Source of the DNA: a bacterium
Lineage (GTDB): Bacteria; SAR324; NAC60-12
DNA: 55,876 nucleotides
Assembly: GCA_965233585.1 (NCBI GenBank)
Contig: CBDDTI010000581.1
Coordinates: 1-55,876 of the forward strand
Direction of reading: 5' to 3'
Shown here: positions 1 through 10,887 of the stretch, in pieces
Layout of the letters: each line of letters opens with the position of its first letter
How positions within the stretch are numbered: position 1 is the first letter of the stretch
The notes under the pieces: model-generated
Databases searched by the model: none
The model's input: only the letters and a program-made list of their open reading frames with translations
Told to the model about the DNA's origin: nothing
Made by a program: the position numbers and the translations under genes

Positions 1-93
1 AGAAACCCAGCAAACCAGGGCCCGGTACGTGAAGGATGTTGAACCCAAATATTTTAGCCAACTCATTTCCAATGACAAACCACTAGGCTCGAT

Positions 94-582
94 GCCTAGG
101 AAGCCGAAGACGTTCAGCCGATAATTCAGAGTCACCACCAAGGCGTAGCTCTGTTGAGACCTCCAAAAGTTCACCAACTTTGTGGCGTTGTAGTCATTGC
201 TGGAGCCCGTTTCAAAGCTACCGCCATGGATCCACACCAAGCAAGGCAGAGACGTGTTTCTTTGGGCTTCGGAAGGCGCATAGACATTTAAATATAGGCA
301 ATCCTCGCTGCCTCCCTTGGTTAACACGTCTTTGGACTTGATCGACATGCAGTAGCTCCGATATCGCGAAGCATCATGGACGCCCTGCCAGGGCTGGATG
401 GGCTTGGGGGGTCGCCAGCGCAGGGCACCCACGGGAGCTTCTGCATATGGGATCCCACGGAAGACATGAACCTGGCCCTCACTGATGCCCCGAATGCGTC
501 CCACAGGTGCTGCAACTTCTGGAACGCTTAGAGATGCACCGAGGCAGATTGATTCCAGGAGCAGGAGCGTTGTTAAGACCAT
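94..582 (-). CDS. Type-B carboxylesterase, first exon with signal peptide (host gene, continues towards or beyond the window start)
   Basis: Manual minus-strand translation from ATG at 582: MVLTTLLLLESICLGASLS...FRGIPYAEAPVGALRWRPP...SEDCLYLNVY...VWIHGGSF...NYRLNVFGFLG, the hallmark N-terminal motifs of this family. Missing from the ORF track because the frame has no stop before position 1. Confidence 0.92.
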
Positions 583-2084
583 CGGAAAAGCAGTTGCTTT
601 CCCAAGAAACAGGACGTTTTCTTGATTCACAGCGGCTGCAGAAAATCTGCCAAGACCATCAGTAAAAAGTCACTACAAACAGCCCTTGAGGTGATTCCAA
701 CAAAATGACACATTTACCAACCACAGCATCTCAATGGCCTTCAGGTTTCCCTGGGCTGCTGAAAACCCCGTGAGGTCATATTTTTCATCTCAGCTGCAAC
801 TTCCAGAGCCCACCTGAAACTGAAGGGACGCAGTGCCAGACTCGCCCACATAGGTCGTCAAGCCAGCGTAGGCACCAGAGAAGCGACGGCCCACACCGAT
901 GCCATTGGAAATCAGCGTGTAAGTGTAAACCTCACCGGTCTCAGGAGCTGTGTCTGATACCATGCGGTATACCCCCACTCTATGGCTACTTCAATAGGAA
1001 AACGGTAATCATCTATAGGATTTTGGGAGTACCCTATATGCATAGGAAAACCCACGTTGCTGTTGATTGTGTGTGTGTGTGCGTGTTTGTGCACTGACAA
1101 GCCTGGAGTCTACAAAGCCAACCAATCCACTTCCCACTTCCCAAGTCTTTCCATTAGCCCCAGGCTAGCCCCGGTAAATTCGCAAAACAGGACACTGCGA
1201 AACAGTGCGAAACCAAGACACGGGGGAGGTTGGATCCTCAGGATCAAACTCCGAGACCTCCTGAGTCCGCAAACTCTTGCAGTTTAGAGAAACTCAGAAA
1301 AACCAGGACTTGCGGCCCCTTACACAATTTCACGGCCTTTCCTCATAGAGCTATTTGTTATGATCTTTTCGTATGTCTTTTTGATGTCGTTGGTCAAAAT
1401 GGAGGGTTTGATTTGGATCAACATGTCGCACCTGGTTCATATAGAAGCGCCGAGAGGGCCACATGTCATCGCCCACAGCCATCTGGCGATCGGTGTCGTT
1501 GAGGTCACCAACATGCAGTTCCAAAAGCTGGAAGTTGGAGGTGCCTAGGCCGCCAGGTGTTTTCAGGCCATCATAGGCCATCCCAAGAGGAACAACAATT
1601 GGGATGATTCATACCATAGATTTCTTCCAGAGGTTCCTCCAGGTTCCTTCCAAGCTCGGAAGTTTGAATGAAAAATTCCAGCATCTGAAGCCTTTTCCAA
1701 TCGACAAAAGATACAAACCCGCATCCTCCACTACAATAGATGTTTATTTGTTTGCGCCTGAACATCCACCATGCAGTTGTCATGAAAAGAAAACAGTGTC
1801 TGCCATGACAGTGCAATGCCAATGCAAACATGTGAAATAGATGATATGTACAATGCAGGCAAATGACTTGACACCCAGGTGTGTCCAAAACTGTAAAAGT
1901 GTCTCAAAGATTATGATTCAATGTTTTTCATACTGAACTCACTCCTCATTAATCTGCCCAATTGTTGGCATCAAAAAACATCAACCAAATAAAATATCCG
2001 AATATATGGTCCGTCGCCACAGCCAGTTTGCATTGTCTTAAAACTTGCAACATCAAACTATCATGGTTTATCCAAGTTATCATC

Positions 2085-2190
2085 ATATGGGGTTTCCTAA
2101 GTCATGGGATAGCTGGATGGTTCATATGGAAAATCCAAAAATAAAATGGATGATGACTGGGGGTACCCCTATGACAGGAAACATCCATAT
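2085..2190. repeat. Short MITE-like repeat
   Basis: Ends ATATGGGGTTTCCT ... AGGAAACATCCATAT form an imperfect 14-15 bp inverted repeat. Confidence 0.45.
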
Positions 2191-2266
2191 TCCCTTTGAA
2201 ACATCTTTCAAATTGCCATGAAAATGCCATATTTCCCAGGTCTTCCTGATGCTGTCATGATGAGGG

Positions 2267-2272
2267 TCCCAT
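2267..2272. repeat. Left target-site duplication TCCCAT (partner at 26727-26732)
   Basis: Identical hexamer immediately outside both inverted termini; a 6-bp TSD is typical of Polinton integrases. The homopolymer end makes 5 versus 6 bp ambiguous. Confidence 0.82.
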
Positions 2273-2492
2273 AAAAAAAATGGTAAAAGGGGGATGCTAG
2301 GACATCCCAGCGTTTATTGTTGGTTGTTATGGTTTTTATGTTATTGTTCAATGTTTCTTCCTTATCTTTGATGTTTTATGTGGTGGGGGTTTTGGGACTA
2401 TTTTACCCCTAACTTTCACTTGATGGTTTGGTTTAAGATGAGGGGGATAATTGTTTAGACTGTTGGGGTTTTGTGTTTGTGTTTGGGCGGGT
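2273..2492. repeat. Left terminal inverted repeat of the PLV
   Basis: Reverse complement of 2320-2468 aligns to 26401-26550 (e.g. TCCCCCTCATC, AAGTGAAAGTT, AAACATCAAAG, GAAACATTGAACAA) and 2273-2304 aligns to 26697-26726. Confidence 0.85.
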
Positions 2493-2537
2493 GATTACTT
2501 CATAATATGTTTGGTTAAGATATTATGAATTAATATT

Positions 2538-3002
2538 TTATGCTTTCCACTTTCCTATTCCATCCCACCAGTTTTCAATTACTCTCATTTGTGTTAAGCA
2601 CGGTTTGTTTGTATCGTTTAGTTCATCCATCGCTATTGATAAAAGAATTATATTAATAACCATAGCGTAATAACCACCTCTTTTATTGAATTCTTTTCCA
2701 CATTGTATGATTATATCTTTATTAGTTAGGTTTTCATACATTCGTTTGATGATGTCAGGTTCTTTTTGTTTCCATATCTTAAACCGTTCTACATTACTTT
2801 CCTTAAATCTATCAAGGACAGATTTCCAAAAATCAAAGTCTTCACGAGATGGTAAGGGATGACACCTTACAAAGTCTCTAATCTCTTCATCTTCTTTTTC
2901 TATTGCTTTTCTTTCCCAGTCATCGTCCTCGCTTTCACTACCAAAGTCAGCATATAAACCAATATTACCTATATCTATAACCTCAATTTTTGCTCTACTC
3001 AT
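2538..3002 (-). CDS. PLV hypothetical protein (154 aa)
   Basis: ATG-initiated AT-rich ORF with an upstream TACTTAAAG motif; no recognisable domain. Confidence 0.7.
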   Translation of the reverse strand: MSRAKIEVIDIGNIGLYADFGSESEDDDWERKAIEKEDEEIRDFVRCHPLPSREDFDFWKSVLDRFKESNVERFKIWKQKEPDIIKRMYENLTNKDIIIQCGKEFNKRGGYYAMVINIILLSIAMDELNDTNKPCLTQMRVIENWWDGIGKWKA

Positions 3003-3253
3003 TTTCTCTTATTATATATAGTTATTTTTTCTTTAAGTATTTACCACTTTTTGTAGATACTCTTTTATTTCTTCTACATTAAAATATTTTTCATAACCAT
3101 TGAAAAGTTCTTCAGTGTATTCACGCAAAAATATTTCCAAAAGGGTGTGAAATAGTTTTAGGATTTTTTTTGAGCAGGTTTGGGAATTTTTTTTGGATTC
3201 CTTGGCTGGTACCATTTGCCTAGTGTTTGCAACGGTTTGGAACTTGAATTTGT

Positions 3254-3502
3254 CATTTTGCATGGTATTTGCCACATTTGGGCATGTTCACCTTCCATTT
3301 TGCATGGGATTTACTACATGTGGGCATGTTCACCTTCCATTTTGTATGGTATTTGCCACATTTTGGCATGTTCACCTTCCATTTTGCATGGGATTTCCTA
3401 CATGTGGGCATGTTCACCTTCCATTTTGTATGGTATTTGCCACATTTTGGCATGTTCACCTTCCATTTTGCATGGGATGTTCTACATGTGAGCATGTTCA
3501 CC
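3254..3502. repeat. 42-bp minisatellite (~6 units, alternating variants)
   Basis: Unit GGCATGTTCACCTTCCATTTTG(C/T)ATGG...; yields 14-aa periodic spurious ORFs. Confidence 0.9.
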
Positions 3503-3569
3503 CAAATATTTACAGATGCGGAAGCTTGGGATTAGATAAAAAGCGGGTGGGGGGGATTGAGGGAGGGCG

Positions 3570-4236
3570 CTAGCTATCTATCCAGCTAGCTAGCTATCTA
3601 GCTATCTAGCTAGCTAGCTATCTAGCAAGCTAGCTATCTATCTAGCAAGCTATCTATCTATCTAGCTATCTATCTACCTATCTAGCTAGCTATCTTGCTA
3701 GCTATCTATCTACCTATCTATCTAGCTAACTATCTATCTAGCTATCTAGGTATCTAGCTTTCTATCTATCTAGCTATCTATCTAGCCATCCAGCTGTCTA
3801 TCGAGCTATCTAGCTATCGAGCTATCTAGCTAACTATCTATCTATCTAGCTATCTAGCTTTCTATCTATCTAGCTATCTATCTATCTAGCCATCCAGCTG
3901 TCTATCCAGCTATTTAGCTATCGAGCTATCTATCTAGCTATCTATCGATCTAGCTAACTATCTACCTATCTATTTAGCTATCTATCTATCTATCTAGCTA
4001 TCTATCTAGCTACCTCTTTATCTATCTAGCTAGCTATCTATCTATCTAGCTATCTATCTAGCCATCTATCTATCTAGCTATCTATCTAGCCATCTATCTA
4101 TCGAGGTATCTAGCTATCTATCTCTCTATCTATCTATCTAGCTGGCTATCTATCTATCTAGCTATCTATCTACCAAGCTATCTATCAGCTATCTATCAGC
4201 TATCTATCTATCTATCTATTTATCTATCTATCTATC
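3570..4236. repeat. (CTAT)n/(CTAG)n compound microsatellite
   Basis: Directly visible. Confidence 0.95.
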
Positions 4237-4487
4237 ACATGTAATCCTGTCAGCTTTCCAGAGAAGGTTAGTTCGCAAAAACCAACTAATGTAACTTGGG
4301 TTTAAGTTTAAATAAAAAAAAGTGGGAGGGGGGATTGGGGGGAGGGCGCAGCGCCTCCCCCCAAAGCAGAATGCAAGCACCTCTTCTCACATGTTACGTT
4401 GCTAGTTTTCAAGAGAAGGTTGGTCATGTGATACTCAGGGATGTAAATACTGTGCAAAATGCATCTTACATGAAAATCAAGTATTTA

Positions 4488-4858
4488 AAGCAGGCAAAGC
4501 AAAAAAAAGCAGAGAAGCAAAAAAGCAGAGAAGCAAAGAAACAGGAAACGCACAAAAGCAAAACAGCAGAAAGGCAAAGAAGCAGGAAAAGCAGAAAAGC
4601 AGAGAAGCAGGAAAAGCAGGAAAAGCAGAGAAGCAAAGAAACAGGAAAAACAGAAAAGCAAAAAAGCAGAAAAGCAGAGAAGCAGAGAAGCAGGAGAAGC
4701 AGAAAAGCAAAAAAGCAGAAAAGCAGAGAAGCAGAGAAGCAGGAGAAGCAGAAAAGCAAAAAAGCAGAGAAGCAGGAAAAGCAGGAGAAGCAGGAAAAGC
4801 AGGAAAAGCAGGAAAGCAGAGAAGCAGGAAAAGCAGGAAAAGCAGAGAAGCAGGAATC
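4488..4858. repeat. AGCAG(A/G)AAA-type 8-9 bp degenerate tandem repeat
   Basis: Directly visible. Confidence 0.9.
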
Positions 4859-5517
4859 CAAAAATAATTCCTAAACCTGATCAAAAAAAAAATCCTAAAA
4901 TAATTAGCCCTCCTTTCCAAAATGTCTTTTACCTTAAACTCCCTATTTCTGAATGTATAAGTCCAATCGTTTTGAGGAAACCACCACTCCCATTTGTTCT
5001 TACAATACTTCATATATGTAAGGTCGTGAAAGTTTTTAAGAAAGTGATAGGTAGTTTTCCACTCCCTTTTCACAAAAGACTTAATCGCCATTAAGAACAG
5101 TTTGTCGTGTTTGAATTCTTGCTTGAGTTTGAATGTATCCATTAAAACATAAATTTCTCTTTTCATTTGCCGCGTGTTTGTTCGGTTCGTGTTGGATAAA
5201 TAAATAGGTGATTTCTCCATCCTTGTTTTAAAGAAATAGATTATCTTTTCAACTCTTGTCAGTTTTTTATCATTAAAATAGTCAAAATGATAATTGAAAT
5301 CTATGTATCTACGCTCCCTATCGTTTAAGCCTTTACATTTTTCACAGTGAAGGTTGTAATGACATATCTCATCACAAATTCCAGCGGGAAAAATATTGTT
5401 CAATAAAACCTTTAGGTTAGTCATTTCTTTCTAACAACATCCACAGTTTTTATAAGTAAATAGCATCCTCTTACTATATATAGATATTTTTTCTTTAAGT
5501 AGTTTTTGGGGGCTCGT

Positions 5518-5946
5518 TCAGTTTTCGGGTTCGGGTTGGTTTTTATTTTCCCTTTCCTCCTCTTCCAGTTCCTTTATAACCATATCTATTTCACTCATTC
5601 CTTCGTTGGGGTCTTGTCCATTGGCAAGGTTTCTTAACCTCTCAAAATCCTTCACTTTGTGTCTTTCGTTGGGTGGGAGGGTTTGGAGATGTTCCTTCAA
5701 CTCTGTCAGGTCAAAGTATGTGTCGTGTTCTTCATCCTCATTTTCCAAAAACATTTCCATTCGTTGCTTTTCCATTTCCAGAAGTTTGTTTTCCATCTGT
5801 TGGAATTTCATTTGTTTCTTGCCACACTTTCCACAAACATTCACGAAGGTTTTTAACAAATAATTCCAACTAGGTTTTTTGTAATCACCATTGTTTAAGG
5901 TGATACACTCACTCATAATACGACATCCACAGTCAAATTTAGTCAT
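5518..5946 (-). CDS. PLV hypothetical protein (142 aa, CxC and CxxC)
   Basis: ATG ORF with upstream TACTTAAAG motif; possible Zn ligands. Confidence 0.65.
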   Translation of the reverse strand: MTKFDCGCRIMSECITLNNGDYKKPSWNYLLKTFVNVCGKCGKKQMKFQQMENKLLEMEKQRMEMFLENEDEEHDTYFDLTELKEHLQTLPPNERHKVKDFERLRNLANGQDPNEGMSEIDMVIKELEEEERENKNQPEPEN

Positions 5947-5990
5947 CTTATTTACTCTTACTATATATAGGTGTTTTTTCTTTAAGTATA
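5947..5990 (-). promoter_or_regulatory. Candidate promoter class 1, TACTTAAAGAAAAAA-n-CTATATATAGTAAGAG (representative copy)
   Basis: Near-identical blocks at 3003-3039, 5467-5501 and 5955-5988; core CTTAAAG or near match also at about 21565, 21725 and 22728, each 27-37 nt upstream of an ATG. Confidence 0.65.
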
Positions 5991-6010
5991 TTTTTTATTG
6001 CTGATAATTT

Positions 6011-6031
6011 TAAAATCTAATATTATAATAT
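6011..6031 (+). promoter_or_regulatory. Candidate promoter class 2, AT-flanked TCTA (representative copy)
   Basis: TCTA 7-20 nt before the ATG of integrase, ORF 6997, MCP, lipase, mCP, ATPase, fibre and ORF 17553. Confidence 0.55.
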
Positions 6032-6973
6032 ATGGCAAGGAGACTATCAAGAGATGACATCATAAGCAATGTCTATTACAATCTTGAAACGGGCTTCGGT
6101 TCAATCAATGAGACCCTCAAGAAAGCCAAGGAACAAGACCAGACCATCAACAGGGTGGATGTGGAAAACTTTATGAGGAAACAGCCCAACAAACAGATTA
6201 GAAAATACAGGGGTTCAAACTCCTACACCGCACCATTCGCAAGGTTTGAGTATCAAATTGACATAATGGATATGAAACCCCTAACTAAAGAACCAGAGAC
6301 AAAAATTCCCATCAAGAACGACGAACCGAGATATGGGTTGGTGGTCATTGACATCTTCAGCAAGTTGGCAAACGTCGTCCCTATGAAAGAAAAATCCGGA
6401 CCAATCACATTATCGGCGATGAAAGATAGTTTCAACAAAATGGGTTTTCCGATGTCCGTTTATAGCGATAATGACCGTGCCTTCCAAGCGGGTGTAAAAG
6501 ATTTTTTTGAGAAAGAAGGCATCACTCACGTCGTCACCCTAACACACGCTAATGTTGTGGAACGTTTCATAAGGACAATGAAAAATATGATACACGACAG
6601 GGTCAGGTTTAATCGGGGCAGTTGGACTGTGATGTTGTCCAAAGCGTTAGATAAATACAACGACACCGTCCATTCATCCACCAAAATGAAACCCAAGGAT
6701 GCCCACGACGACAAAAACCATATGGACGTCAGGGTAAATTTGACAAGGAGGGAAAAGAACACTCGCAAATATCCAGAGGTCAAAGTGAATGATATGGTCA
6801 AGGTCTTTGAGAAGAAAAAAGACAACTACACCGAGAGGAAGGAGTATAACTCAAAGTGGAGCAATCAATCCTACAAAATCGTCAAGATAGAATACGATGA
6901 TGTCGGAAACAGAACCTTCAAACTGGAAGGATTGAACAAACCGTATTTGAGGCACGAGATTTTGAAAGTATAA
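6032..6973 (+). CDS. Retroviral-like (rve, DDE) integrase of Polinton type
   Basis: YQIDIMDM, LVVIDIFSK, VYSDND, VVERFIRTMK, YNDTVHSSTKMKP motifs; intact ORF. Confidence 0.95.
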   Translation: MARRLSRDDIISNVYYNLETGFGSINETLKKAKEQDQTINRVDVENFMRKQPNKQIRKYRGSNSYTAPFARFEYQIDIMDMKPLTKEPETKIPIKNDEPRYGLVVIDIFSKLANVVPMKEKSGPITLSAMKDSFNKMGFPMSVYSDNDRAFQAGVKDFFEKEGITHVVTLTHANVVERFIRTMKNMIHDRVRFNRGSWTVMLSKALDKYNDTVHSSTKMKPKDAHDDKNHMDVRVNLTRREKNTRKYPEVKVNDMVKVFEKKKDNYTERKEYNSKWSNQSYKIVKIEYDDVGNRTFKLEGLNKPYLRHEILKV

Positions 6974-6996
6974 AAAATTATCTATAATATTAATAT

Positions 6997-7341
6997 ATGA
7001 CAGAGGTAGTCGTAAAAGAGATTGATAATGAAGAACCCAAGGAAGAAACAATACCAGAGCCAACACAGGAAGAAGCACCGAAAGAAGAGGAGAAACCAGA
7101 AGAAATAATTGAACCATCCGTTGAAGAGAAACCGCAACCAGCCCCAAAGCCCAAAAGGGTAAGACCGTCAAGGGCGAAACCACCTTTTGACCCAGAAGCA
7201 TTCAAAAGCGACCTTGTAAAACAAATAAAGGAAGAACTACAAAGTGCGATGTCCGCCAGAGACACCTACAACAAAGCCAAAGAGGAAAAGAACAAAGCGA
7301 CGAGAGAGAACTTGAAATCTTTAGCATCAAAAAGTTTGTAA
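6997..7341 (+). CDS. PLV hypothetical Glu/Pro-rich protein
   Basis: ATG ORF in a tightly packed plus-strand array with TCTA upstream. Confidence 0.65.
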   Translation: MTEVVVKEIDNEEPKEETIPEPTQEEAPKEEEKPEEIIEPSVEEKPQPAPKPKRVRPSRAKPPFDPEAFKSDLVKQIKEELQSAMSARDTYNKAKEEKNKATRENLKSLASKSL

Positions 7342-7357
7342 AGTATTATATATAAAA

Positions 7358-7807
7358 ATGAACATCAAGGAACAGAAAATAGAACTCAACAAAACAGACA
7401 TCTACGAAAACGTCCGCAAGGACATCAACAGAAGACAAACCGTCCATTCAAACAAAAGTGCCAACTACCGGAGCGGAACGCCCGAAATGCCAGACAGAAG
7501 AAAAAAAGTGTATAGTAGTTATGACCACTACTACCACAACGACAGCAACACGGCAAGGATGCCAACTCACAACCATCATCTTTACCTAAAGCGCCTTCTT
7601 GAATATCACAACACCGAGCACGATTACAAAGTCTTACAAGTAAAGCAGAGGATGAAGGAAGAGAATGAGATGCTACAGAACGAAATGACAAGGTTGAGGG
7701 AGGTGAGGAAAAATCACAGATTGGAAGATTACGGGGCGAACGTCCAGAATATGAAACAGAGAATTGATGAGTATAAACAGTGGTTGAGAGGCGATACACA
7801 AGATTAA
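7358..7807 (+). CDS. PLV hypothetical coiled-coil protein
   Basis: ATG ORF, tight packing. Confidence 0.65.
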   Translation: MNIKEQKIELNKTDIYENVRKDINRRQTVHSNKSANYRSGTPEMPDRRKKVYSSYDHYYHNDSNTARMPTHNHHLYLKRLLEYHNTEHDYKVLQVKQRMKEENEMLQNEMTRLREVRKNHRLEDYGANVQNMKQRIDEYKQWLRGDTQD

Positions 7808-7837
7808 TATAAAAATCTCAACTATTAATATATAGCA

Positions 7838-9133
7838 ATGACAGCAGAAGTAATCAACGCAAAACAGGGATTGACACGAATACCCACTTACGCAGAACTC
7901 ATCAAGGAAATAGACAGGGAAAAGTTCAAAACCAATGACATCAGAAAAATCTTTGATAGGAACGCTTGGTATTTTCACGAAAGTCCGCAGGGTCAAGCAC
8001 TGAACACAAACAACATCCACCCAGCAGACTTACAGCAAATGAACTTCAAACAGATGGCAGAGGAAGCGACCGCAAGGAAGGAAGAAGAAACACCCAACCT
8101 TGACTTTGAAGGTATGACAGACTTGAGGGACGACGCCATCAGCGACTTCGAAATGTCCTTTGACAGAGAGGCAGAGTTGAGGGAAGAGAACGAAAGGAGA
8201 GTAGCAGAACAAGCAAACTTAAGTCATTCACAAGACCACTATATGGCAAACAAAGGGGCATACGACGCCGTTGGAGCAACGGCATCGGCAGGGATACAAG
8301 AAGACGAAGAACCGCCTTCAAGCAGTAGAAGCATCTTAAAGAAATTCCTTAAATCATCCAAACCAGTCATCAAAGCAGTCGCCACAGCAGGAGGAACAGC
8401 AAAGGGAGGGTCAATAGGAGGACTAATAGCATCAAAACTGACAGACGCCATCATACCCGACGAAGACGAGGAAGAGAAACCGTCCAAGATAAAACCAACA
8501 CAAAAACTAATCAACAAACAAGTCAAAAAGGTAAATCACCAAAAGAAGTTAAAGGAGGAAAAATCAAAGATGAACGTGGATGTAGTGCCCGATGTCAACG
8601 AACCAACGGATACAACAGCAATACCAACAGCAGAAAAAAGGAAGCCCTTAAGCGTGAGACAGTCCAAAGCAAAGAGGCAGAAACCAAAACCGCCAACGCA
8701 GGAGAAGAGAGAATTTCATGAAGACCCATCCACAACCACCAAACCACCCAAAGCAAGAAGAGTAAGAGGAAAGCAACCCCAACCACAAGCATTAGGAGCA
8801 ACAATCAACATCCCCAAAGACAACAAGACACCCAATGTAGATGAAGCAGAGACAGCACAGGAAGAAACAGGGGCGTCATCTTCATCAAAAGCACCAGTCA
8901 GGAAACCAACAATGAACAAAGCAATATCGCCAAGCAAGGTAGGAATACAAGTGATAAGAGAGAAGTTTGAAGAGATGAACAACAGCAAAAGCATAGACAC
9001 AGGAGACTATCAAAGGTTTCAAGAGGTATATGGTAAATGGAAATCAAGCAAGGGAGAGGATAAGAAACAGCATCTAAAGGAAGCGAAGGAACTTTACAAG
9101 TCAATCATCTATCCAAAATTAAAATCAAAATAA
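7838..9133 (+). CDS. PLV hypothetical low-complexity protein (431 aa; possible core/virion protein)
   Basis: Long ORF, acidic N-half, basic C-half, glycine-rich hydrophobic segment AVATAGGTAKGGSIGGLIA; function is inference. Confidence 0.7.
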   Translation: MTAEVINAKQGLTRIPTYAELIKEIDREKFKTNDIRKIFDRNAWYFHESPQGQALNTNNIHPADLQQMNFKQMAEEATARKEEETPNLDFEGMTDLRDDAISDFEMSFDREAELREENERRVAEQANLSHSQDHYMANKGAYDAVGATASAGIQEDEEPPSSSRSILKKFLKSSKPVIKAVATAGGTAKGGSIGGLIASKLTDAIIPDEDEEEKPSKIKPTQKLINKQVKKVNHQKKLKEEKSKMNVDVVPDVNEPTDTTAIPTAEKRKPLSVRQSKAKRQKPKPPTQEKREFHEDPSTTTKPPKARRVRGKQPQPQALGATINIPKDNKTPNVDEAETAQEETGASSSSKAPVRKPTMNKAISPSKVGIQVIREKFEEMNNSKSIDTGDYQRFQEVYGKWKSSKGEDKKQHLKEAKELYKSIIYPKLKSK

Positions 9134-9180
9134 TTAATAAGATTATTCATTATAATTTTATTAATTATCCACTATCATTT

Positions 9181-10581
9181 TTAGTCATAGAAAATGACAG
9201 ATTGGGCTTTTATCTCCAAGATACATTCGTGTTCAATAACGATATACATTTTGTCAGGCATCAGTCCAGTATCAGTCCCGTTGTCTGTTGTATATAGGTC
9301 TGTTCCATACAATGGCTTAACACGGACAACCATATTTGAATTGTTCTTCAAATTCAGTCCAGTGTAATTGGCACTGTTGAGTTTCTTGAGGTTGAACCCC
9401 GCTAAAAAGGAATTCGTCCTATACATATGAGGTTTGATTGAAACGTGATTGTTTCGTGTTTCTTGAAGATGCTTGTAGTTGTCAGCAACCCCCATCGTTG
9501 GCATTTCGGGTATGACAGTATTACCAATACTTAACTGAAAGGATAAATCAATATTTTCATAGTATCTTTGAGCAATTGATGTTCCGCTTTCCCACGAAAG
9601 GGGATGATAAAGAAGGTTATGAGGTTTCAACACTTCTTGGAAACCGCCCTTATAACCAAAATTTGAATAGAAAGATATGAATATGTTGTCTGCTTTACTG
9701 ACATTTCTAACTATTGTCGTGAAGATGTCGGCGCTTCTACTTGTTGTTTGGGTTTGGACGGAAACACTGTTGAAGGTTATAGGTAAAGATTGCTTTTCCA
9801 AAATTTCAGCATACTCCGCAAATAAACCATCATCAAGTCGGTGAATATCACAGGTGATGATGGGTTGCTCTATGTTCCATAAGAACGAAGTATTCGTTGT
9901 AGTAAAATCACCACTTAAATTAATGAGGGGTTCATTAGCATCACTGACCAAAGTTAGTTCAATGACAATCGGACAGTATGATAAAGGAATGAAGTTTGAT
10001 ACATTGAAGAAGGGACAAGAAGGTCGGTAATAAACGGTCTTTTTGTTTTTAAACCCTCCGAAATTGTCAGGTTTCGCTTGGTCAATGACATTCTGGACTG
10101 TGTTTGAACCTGGGTTCGTTGCCAACTGCGTATATGTCAAAAATCTATTTCCTTCATTATAGAAGGTCTCACCAAAACCTAAATTGTCAGTATAGTTTCT
10201 TGAACCGTCATCTTGTAAAATATCCATCATTGCTTCATAACGGTTTAAGTCAGGAATTTCAGCAATAACATTTGAACCCGCCATCACTCGCATTCTTTGA
10301 AAAAATGAGGATGGTTTATAGGCAGGTCTCAACTCTTTTGTTCCGTCATTGTCGGCATTGATGAGGGTAAAACCTATCAAAAGACTTCGCAGATTTATCC
10401 ATTCATTTGCTCCACCAGTTAGATTAAAACGGATGACATTGTTTGAGTTGGATGAGTAAGTAGAGACCGAAGAAGGGTAGAATGTTTTGATACGTTTGTC
10501 TCTAATGTAGGACGCTCCACCTTTTAGTCTATACCGAAGGACATTTCCATTGAGAACATCTGTAATTTCTAATGCTTCCAT
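9181..10581 (-). CDS. Major capsid protein (double jelly-roll, PLV type)
   Basis: 466 aa, beta-rich. IRFNL..WINLRSL, FFQRMRV....IAEI, FIPLSYCPIVIELTL and C-terminal YTGLNLK patterns resemble PLV MCPs; lies near mCP and ATPase. Confidence 0.8.
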   Translation of the reverse strand: MEALEITDVLNGNVLRYRLKGGASYIRDKRIKTFYPSSVSTYSSNSNNVIRFNLTGGANEWINLRSLLIGFTLINADNDGTKELRPAYKPSSFFQRMRVMAGSNVIAEIPDLNRYEAMMDILQDDGSRNYTDNLGFGETFYNEGNRFLTYTQLATNPGSNTVQNVIDQAKPDNFGGFKNKKTVYYRPSCPFFNVSNFIPLSYCPIVIELTLVSDANEPLINLSGDFTTTNTSFLWNIEQPIITCDIHRLDDGLFAEYAEILEKQSLPITFNSVSVQTQTTSRSADIFTTIVRNVSKADNIFISFYSNFGYKGGFQEVLKPHNLLYHPLSWESGTSIAQRYYENIDLSFQLSIGNTVIPEMPTMGVADNYKHLQETRNNHVSIKPHMYRTNSFLAGFNLKKLNSANYTGLNLKNNSNMVVRVKPLYGTDLYTTDNGTDTGLMPDKMYIVIEHECILEIKAQSVIFYD

Positions 10582-10631
10582 ACTTGTATATATTCTATAT
10601 AGAAAATGTTTGATGATTAGGTTATATTAAA

Positions 10632-10862
10632 TTAAGTTATGTCGAAGATATATTGTTTAAATGTATTTTTGGTTTTCTTCCCTTTGTTTTGGGGTTTGTT
10701 TTCTATAGGTTGATTTTCGTTGTTCTTTATATCTTTTCCGCTCTCTATGACCTTCTTGATTTCATTGTATGTTAGATGTTTTTTCTTTTTGGTATTCTCG
10801 TTCTTCAACTTCTTCATTTCCTGTCTGTTGTTCTTCAAATATTCCCTTACGATGTCTTCCAT
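10632..10862 (-). CDS. PLV small basic hypothetical protein
   Basis: ATG ORF between lipase and MCP. Confidence 0.55.
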   Translation of the reverse strand: MEDIVREYLKNNRQEMKKLKNENTKKKKHLTYNEIKKVIESGKDIKNNENQPIENKPQNKGKKTKNTFKQYIFDIT

Positions 10863-10887
10863 ATAATATGACTTATATAAAGTAAAA

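Larger units (their letters stand above)
3143..4913. mobile_element. Non-autonomous Mutator-like (MULE) element filled with tandem repeats
   Basis: 9-bp TSD TTTCCAAAA at 3134-3142 and 4914-4922; imperfect ~58-bp TIRs starting GG (TTTTAGGATTTTTTTTGAGCAGGTTTGGGAATT vs AATTCCTAAACCTGATCAAAAAAAAAATCCTAAAA); no transposase. Confidence 0.82.
3033..5466 (-). pseudogene. PLV hypothetical gene split by a MULE-like insertion
   Basis: Removing 3143-4913 and one TSD copy joins ...FKVKDILE to IFLREYTEELF...KVVNT* in frame. There is also an in-frame TAG between the ATGs at 5466 and 5424. Confidence 0.75.

Noticed and set aside
600..2080. Short ORFs upstream of the carboxylesterase
   Set aside because: May include host exons (e.g. 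790-960) but no product is recognisable.
3254..3502. Possible CRISPR or coding repeat
   Set aside because: 42-bp minisatellite inside a MULE-like element; open in many frames simply for lack of stops.
4296..4874. Lys/Glu-rich 192-aa ORF and its antisense
   Set aside because: Translation of the AGCAG repeat within the MULE-like insertion.
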